A stretch of 64,000 nucleotides of DNA, taken from NCBI GenBank assembly GCA_964016885.1, contig OZ024756.1:2046001-2110000 (forward strand), given 5' to 3'. This document shows positions 59,790 to 64,000 of the stretch, one piece after another; positions within the stretch are counted from its first letter, which is position 1, and every line of letters starts with the position of its first letter. The DNA is from Eledone cirrhosa (taxonomy: Eukaryota). The notes under the pieces were generated by a model. The model did not search any database. It saw only the letters and a program-made list of their open reading frames with translations, and was not told the DNA's origin. Made by a program: the position numbers and the translations under genes.

Positions 59790-59958
59790 TTAATTAGAAA
59801 TTGAACAACACAAAATATATCTACTCCATTACCAAAGGTTTCTGGATCACAGACGATAATAACCAGAAACTTTTGGTAATGGAGTAGTTGCTAATTAAAT
59901 AGCTCTGTTCTATACATAGAGCACTCTTTTTCCTTTGCTTTTCCTTCGGAATTACCTA
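59790..59958 (+). mobile_element. Small fold-back related to the 31182 family
   Basis: ctactccattacc..gtttctgg / ccaGAAActtttggTAatggagtag. Shares the tail agctctgtt..tacatagagcactc. Confidence 0.6.
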
Positions 59959-60003
<45 letters not shown>

Positions 60004-60004
60004 C

Positions 60005-60295
60005 ACCATAAAGAGAGACAAACACAGTTATATACATATATGCGCTCAAATCACAACGGACAAAAACCACCAGGGGGAAGCGAATACTGACTAAAGATAA
60101 TACAGTTCACAAGACTCAATTATAAGTCTTGTGAGCTTTAGTCAGTATTTTCTTCACCCTGGTTTTTGTCCCACGTGATTTGAACGCATGTATGTATATA
60201 ACTGTGTTCGCCTCTATGGTATTATAAGGCTCGGATAATATTTTTTCCTTGAGCTACTTCGATTATAAGGGACTAATTTGAGTTTTTAACTTAAT
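60005..60295 (+). mobile_element. Degenerate fold-back element with tail
   Basis: Arms ~60005-60116/60126-60220. Confidence 0.55.
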
Positions 60296-60299
60296 ATAT

Positions 60300-60350
<51 letters not shown>

Positions 60351-60454
60351 CGAAGGAAATGTGGTAAGGAACCAGGTGGACCATAACGCACCAAAGTACT
60401 CAATACTTAGGGTAGTAGAGTGGGTAATAGGAACGAGTAGGTCCTACTCGTTCC

Positions 60455-60503
<49 letters not shown>

Positions 60504-60647
60504 GGGTTGACGGACCCAGCATATTTATCAATGCCAGTACCGGTTGTATCTCAGTGCACTCAATGGGCAATGTAAGATGCATTACCAGAGTATACACATA
60601 GTTATTTGCCTCAACACAACACACGTAAAATGGGTGCCTATAAGGTT

Positions 60648-60757
60648 CCCGGACTCGAGTTTCTGCCGCACTAATGCAGCAGTAAGGTGCACTGCACCAT
60701 CTGTCTGCATATATTATGCAACAATGCACAATCGGTTTATGCGGCTTCATCAGCGGG
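60648..60757 (-). ncRNA. Type I hammerhead with a large stem II insertion
   Basis: Reverse complement cccg-CTGATGA-a-gccgca-(~70 nt)-tgcggc-a-GAAA-ctcgag-TC-cggg. Stem III palindrome ACTCGAGT, cleavage triplet GUC. Confidence 0.7.
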
Positions 60758-61451
60758 TATCGCCTAATCAATAACCAATCGATCGACAGACTCCAAACAC
60801 CGGCCCATGCCGGTCATGACTGTTTGTGACAACCGACACGGTAAATCTATTAGCAACTGGCAACCGATAGGACTCTATCTCTCAACCAGCCACCGATTTA
60901 CAAATTTTACGTGGGGACGGGAAGCTAAAAAGAATCAATCGTTTAGTTCCTGTCAGATGCCCTCAGCCAACGTGTCTCACACACAAATTATCAAGGGGTG
61001 AAAAGATGGCTATTAGAAATAGCAGCTCACATTGATATAAAATAGAATGGCAGCATTCGGTTCATGTCTCCAAGCCCCATGGCTAGAGCAAAGTGATGGT
61101 AACAATGGTAGTTAGTGCCAAGAACCTTTAACGGACTTTAAATGCGATCATCAATTATATAACAATATAGTAGCGAGCTGAAATGTGTCAGCCACGTGCG
61201 TAGATAACCAGTCTAATTCACAACTTAAAAGAGTGAGAGACAAAACTAGTAGCAGGAAAAAGAGTGCATAACAAAACAAAAACACAATAAAAAGTGAAAA
61301 ATTGTTTAACTTACTCTCAATATCCCGCACTGATCCATTCTATATATATATATATATATATATAGTTTAAGAGACAACAAACAGAGACAGGATCACAATG
61401 GAGAAACAGAAAGGGTCCAGTAAATACACAAAAAATCGAAATATATATACA

Positions 61452-61610
61452 CTGTATTTCCTGACGTCGAAGACGCTACTTTTTTCTTAAAATAAGTCTC
61501 AAAAATCTACCATGCGTTCTGGGTTGTTTATTATTTTTCTTCAAATTTTTGGTTGTCAAAATTAGGGTGCGTCCTCGAGGACGAAGTGTCTTCGGCGCCG
61601 GGAAATACTG
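61452..61610. mobile_element. pogo/Tigger-like MITE
   Basis: Terminal inverted repeats gtatttcctgacgtcgaagac / gtcttcggcgccgggaaatac. A solo TIR lies at 61708-61728. Confidence 0.6.
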
Positions 61611-61681
61611 TATATATATATACTCTTTTACTCTTTTACTTGTTTCAGACATCCAACTGAGGCCATGCTGGGGCACCGCCC

Positions 61682-61713
<32 letters not shown>

Positions 61714-61725
61714 CCCGGCGCCGAA

Positions 61726-61771
<46 letters not shown>

Positions 61772-62459
61772 TAATGGTAGCTAAGATGCTTCCGTAGGCG
61801 GTATGCCGGTTGAGCACTCTATGCTCCTACGGAGCAGAGTATTATAGAATGGAAAACGAAAGAGGATATGATCCGAAATCAATAGACGTGTCCGAGTAAC
61901 CTGCGAGTCTAGAGTCGGGTAGATCCACACATGGATCGCACCTCGAGCTGTTCGCCGGGGAAACAATTGTATCATACAAATTGAGTTCCGGTGCATCACT
62001 GATCCATTCTATATATATATATAGTTCGTCAATCAGGAGACAGTGGAAATCGATTATATCGAACCCCAGTATTTAAATCGATGAGATCGAACCTCTTTAT
62101 TTTATCGACTCGGGGAAGGATGCAAGACAAACTCGACATCAGCAGGATTTGAACTCAGAACGAAGAAAATTCGTAACTAAATACCATAAATCATTTTATC
62201 CGACGCTCTACCGATTCTGCCAATCCACTGCCATCTTGACAGTTATATATTTTATTCATATAAAATTATGAAGACTGGCAAAACAACAACAACAAAACCA
62301 ACATCATCATAGATAGCTTCAACGAAAGCCTTCCATAAATTCCTTAGAACGTATAAATTCTATAAATACTAAAGAGGATGTTGTGGAAGAGAAAGTCACT
62401 GGTGTCGCCATATTGGATAAATTAACATCTTATGGGAAACATCCTGCTAATGTTTTCAC

Positions 62460-62502
62460 TGTCTCTCTGGCTACTAGTCTCTCTCTCTCTCTCAGGCTAC
62501 TG

Positions 62503-62550
<48 letters not shown>

Positions 62551-63285
62551 TCTCTCTCTCTCCCAATCTCTCTCTCTCTCTGGCTCTCTCTCTCACTCTC
62601 TCCTAACCTCTCGCTCTCTCTCTGTCTCTCCCTGGCTCTCTCTTTCGCTCTCTCTCTCTCTAGCTATCTCTCTCTCTCTCTCTGGGTCTCTCTCTTTCTC
62701 TCACTCTCACTCTCTCTCACCCTCTCTCTCCCTAGCTCTCTCTCTCACTCTCTCTCTCACTCTCTCTCTCACTCTCTCTCTCTCTAGCTCTCTCTCTTTC
62801 GCTCTCTCTCTCTAGCTCTCTCTCTAGCTCTCTCTCTCTCACCCTAGCTCTCTCTCTCTCTCACCCTCTCTCTCTCACTCACTCTCTCTCTCACCCTCTC
62901 ACCCTAGCTCTCTCTCTCTCTCTCACCCTCTCTCTCTCACTCACTCTCTCTCTCACCCTCTCTCCCTAGCTCTCTCTCTCTCTCCCTTTATATCTCTCAC
63001 TCTAGCTCTCTTTCTCTCTCTCTCTCTTGCTCTTGTTCTCTGTCTTTCTCCCTCTAGCTCTCTCTCTCTCACTCTCCCTTTCACTTTATCTCTCTCCCTC
63101 TCTCTCACTTTCACTTTTTCTCCCTCTCTCTTTTACTTTCTCTTTTTATCCCCTCCCCACTCTCTTTCTCTTGTTATCTCTATATCTCTCTTTTACTTTC
63201 TCTAGCATTCTCTCTCAGTCACTTCTCTCTCTCGCTCTCTCTCTGACCCCCTCCCTCCTCCCCCCTCTTCTCCCACCTCCTCCCT
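62460..63285. repeat. (TC)n-rich low-complexity tract
   Basis: Direct reading. Confidence 0.95.
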
Positions 63286-63581
63286 CAGATCGAACGAAAT
63301 ATTTTAATACCCAAAGGGATCTGATTGACTATTCTCTCACTGAAATAGAACTCCATGCTACTTCTGTTATTTAATCTTTCTGCTGCAGCTTTTGTTATTA
63401 CAGGAAACTGGGGAAGCAGACGACACAACAATGGCGGTAATAATTATAATAGTTTCTCATTTAGGCACAAGGCCAGCAATTTTTGGCGGGAGGAAGTCGT
63501 TTAAATCGACCTCAGTGTGTTACCGTTACTTTATTTTATCGACCCCGTAAGGCTGAAGGGCAAAGCTAACCTCGTCAAGGA

Positions 63582-63633
<52 letters not shown>

Positions 63634-63675
63634 ATACTACTACTACTAATACTACTACTAATAATAATGATAATG

Positions 63676-64000
63676 GAGCTGGTTAAAAAGGGGAGATCTT
63701 AAAAAAGCTACAGAAGGAATGCTAATGGCTGCGCAAGAGCAGGCCCTCAGAACGAAGTGGGTGAAACACCATATTGACAAGGAGGAGGCTTGTTCACTGT
63801 GGAGATCTGTGGAGAGAGAGAGGAGACTGTGGCTCACATTGTATCCGAGTGTAAACACCTAGCCCAGACTCACTATAAAGGCTGGAGACATGATACGATA
63901 GGAAAGGTGATTCACTGGTATTTATGCAAACTAAATAATTTACCACATTCTGAGAAGTGATATGAGCATAAGGGAGAGTCGGTGATAGAAAACGATCAGG
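63676..64000 (+). mobile_element. Dong/R4-clade LINE fragment (post-RT CCHC/RHD region), running off the window
   Basis: GDLKKATEGMLMAAQEQALRT..ETVAHIVSECKHLAQTHYKGWRHDTIGKVIHW..YEH. Preceded by (TAC)n/(TAA)n. Confidence 0.75.

Overview
A eukaryotic, repeat-saturated, apparently non-coding window. It is most likely from an octopus or other coleoid cephalopod, inferred from the extreme (TA)n/(CA)n/(TC)n density and the abundant tRNA-derived SINE. I see no convincing host exon, and almost all ORFs in the track are microsatellite translations. The real coding remnants are all retrotransposons: two Tx1/L1-clade LINEs (27.0-29.2 kb +, 54.5-58.2 kb -), RTE fragments (two ending in C2H2 fingers), a Dong/R4-like fragment at the right edge and a possible GIY-YIG remnant. 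About 20 SINEs, several TA-flanked MITEs, minisatellites and a telomere-like tract are also present. The main unexplained signal is a dense set of short fold-back elements inserted in (TA)n tracts. They belong to many unrelated sequence families and carry minimal type I hammerhead ribozyme (HHR) motifs: CUGANGA...GAAA...UH with a palindromic stem III. They show stem covariation, a U3-A8 core variant, a tandem retrozyme-like unit, and fold-back apices that fall in HHR stem II. This fits a diverse Penelope-dependent retrozyme-like system. All pairings were read by eye, so coordinates may be off by a few bases and ribozyme activity is untested.
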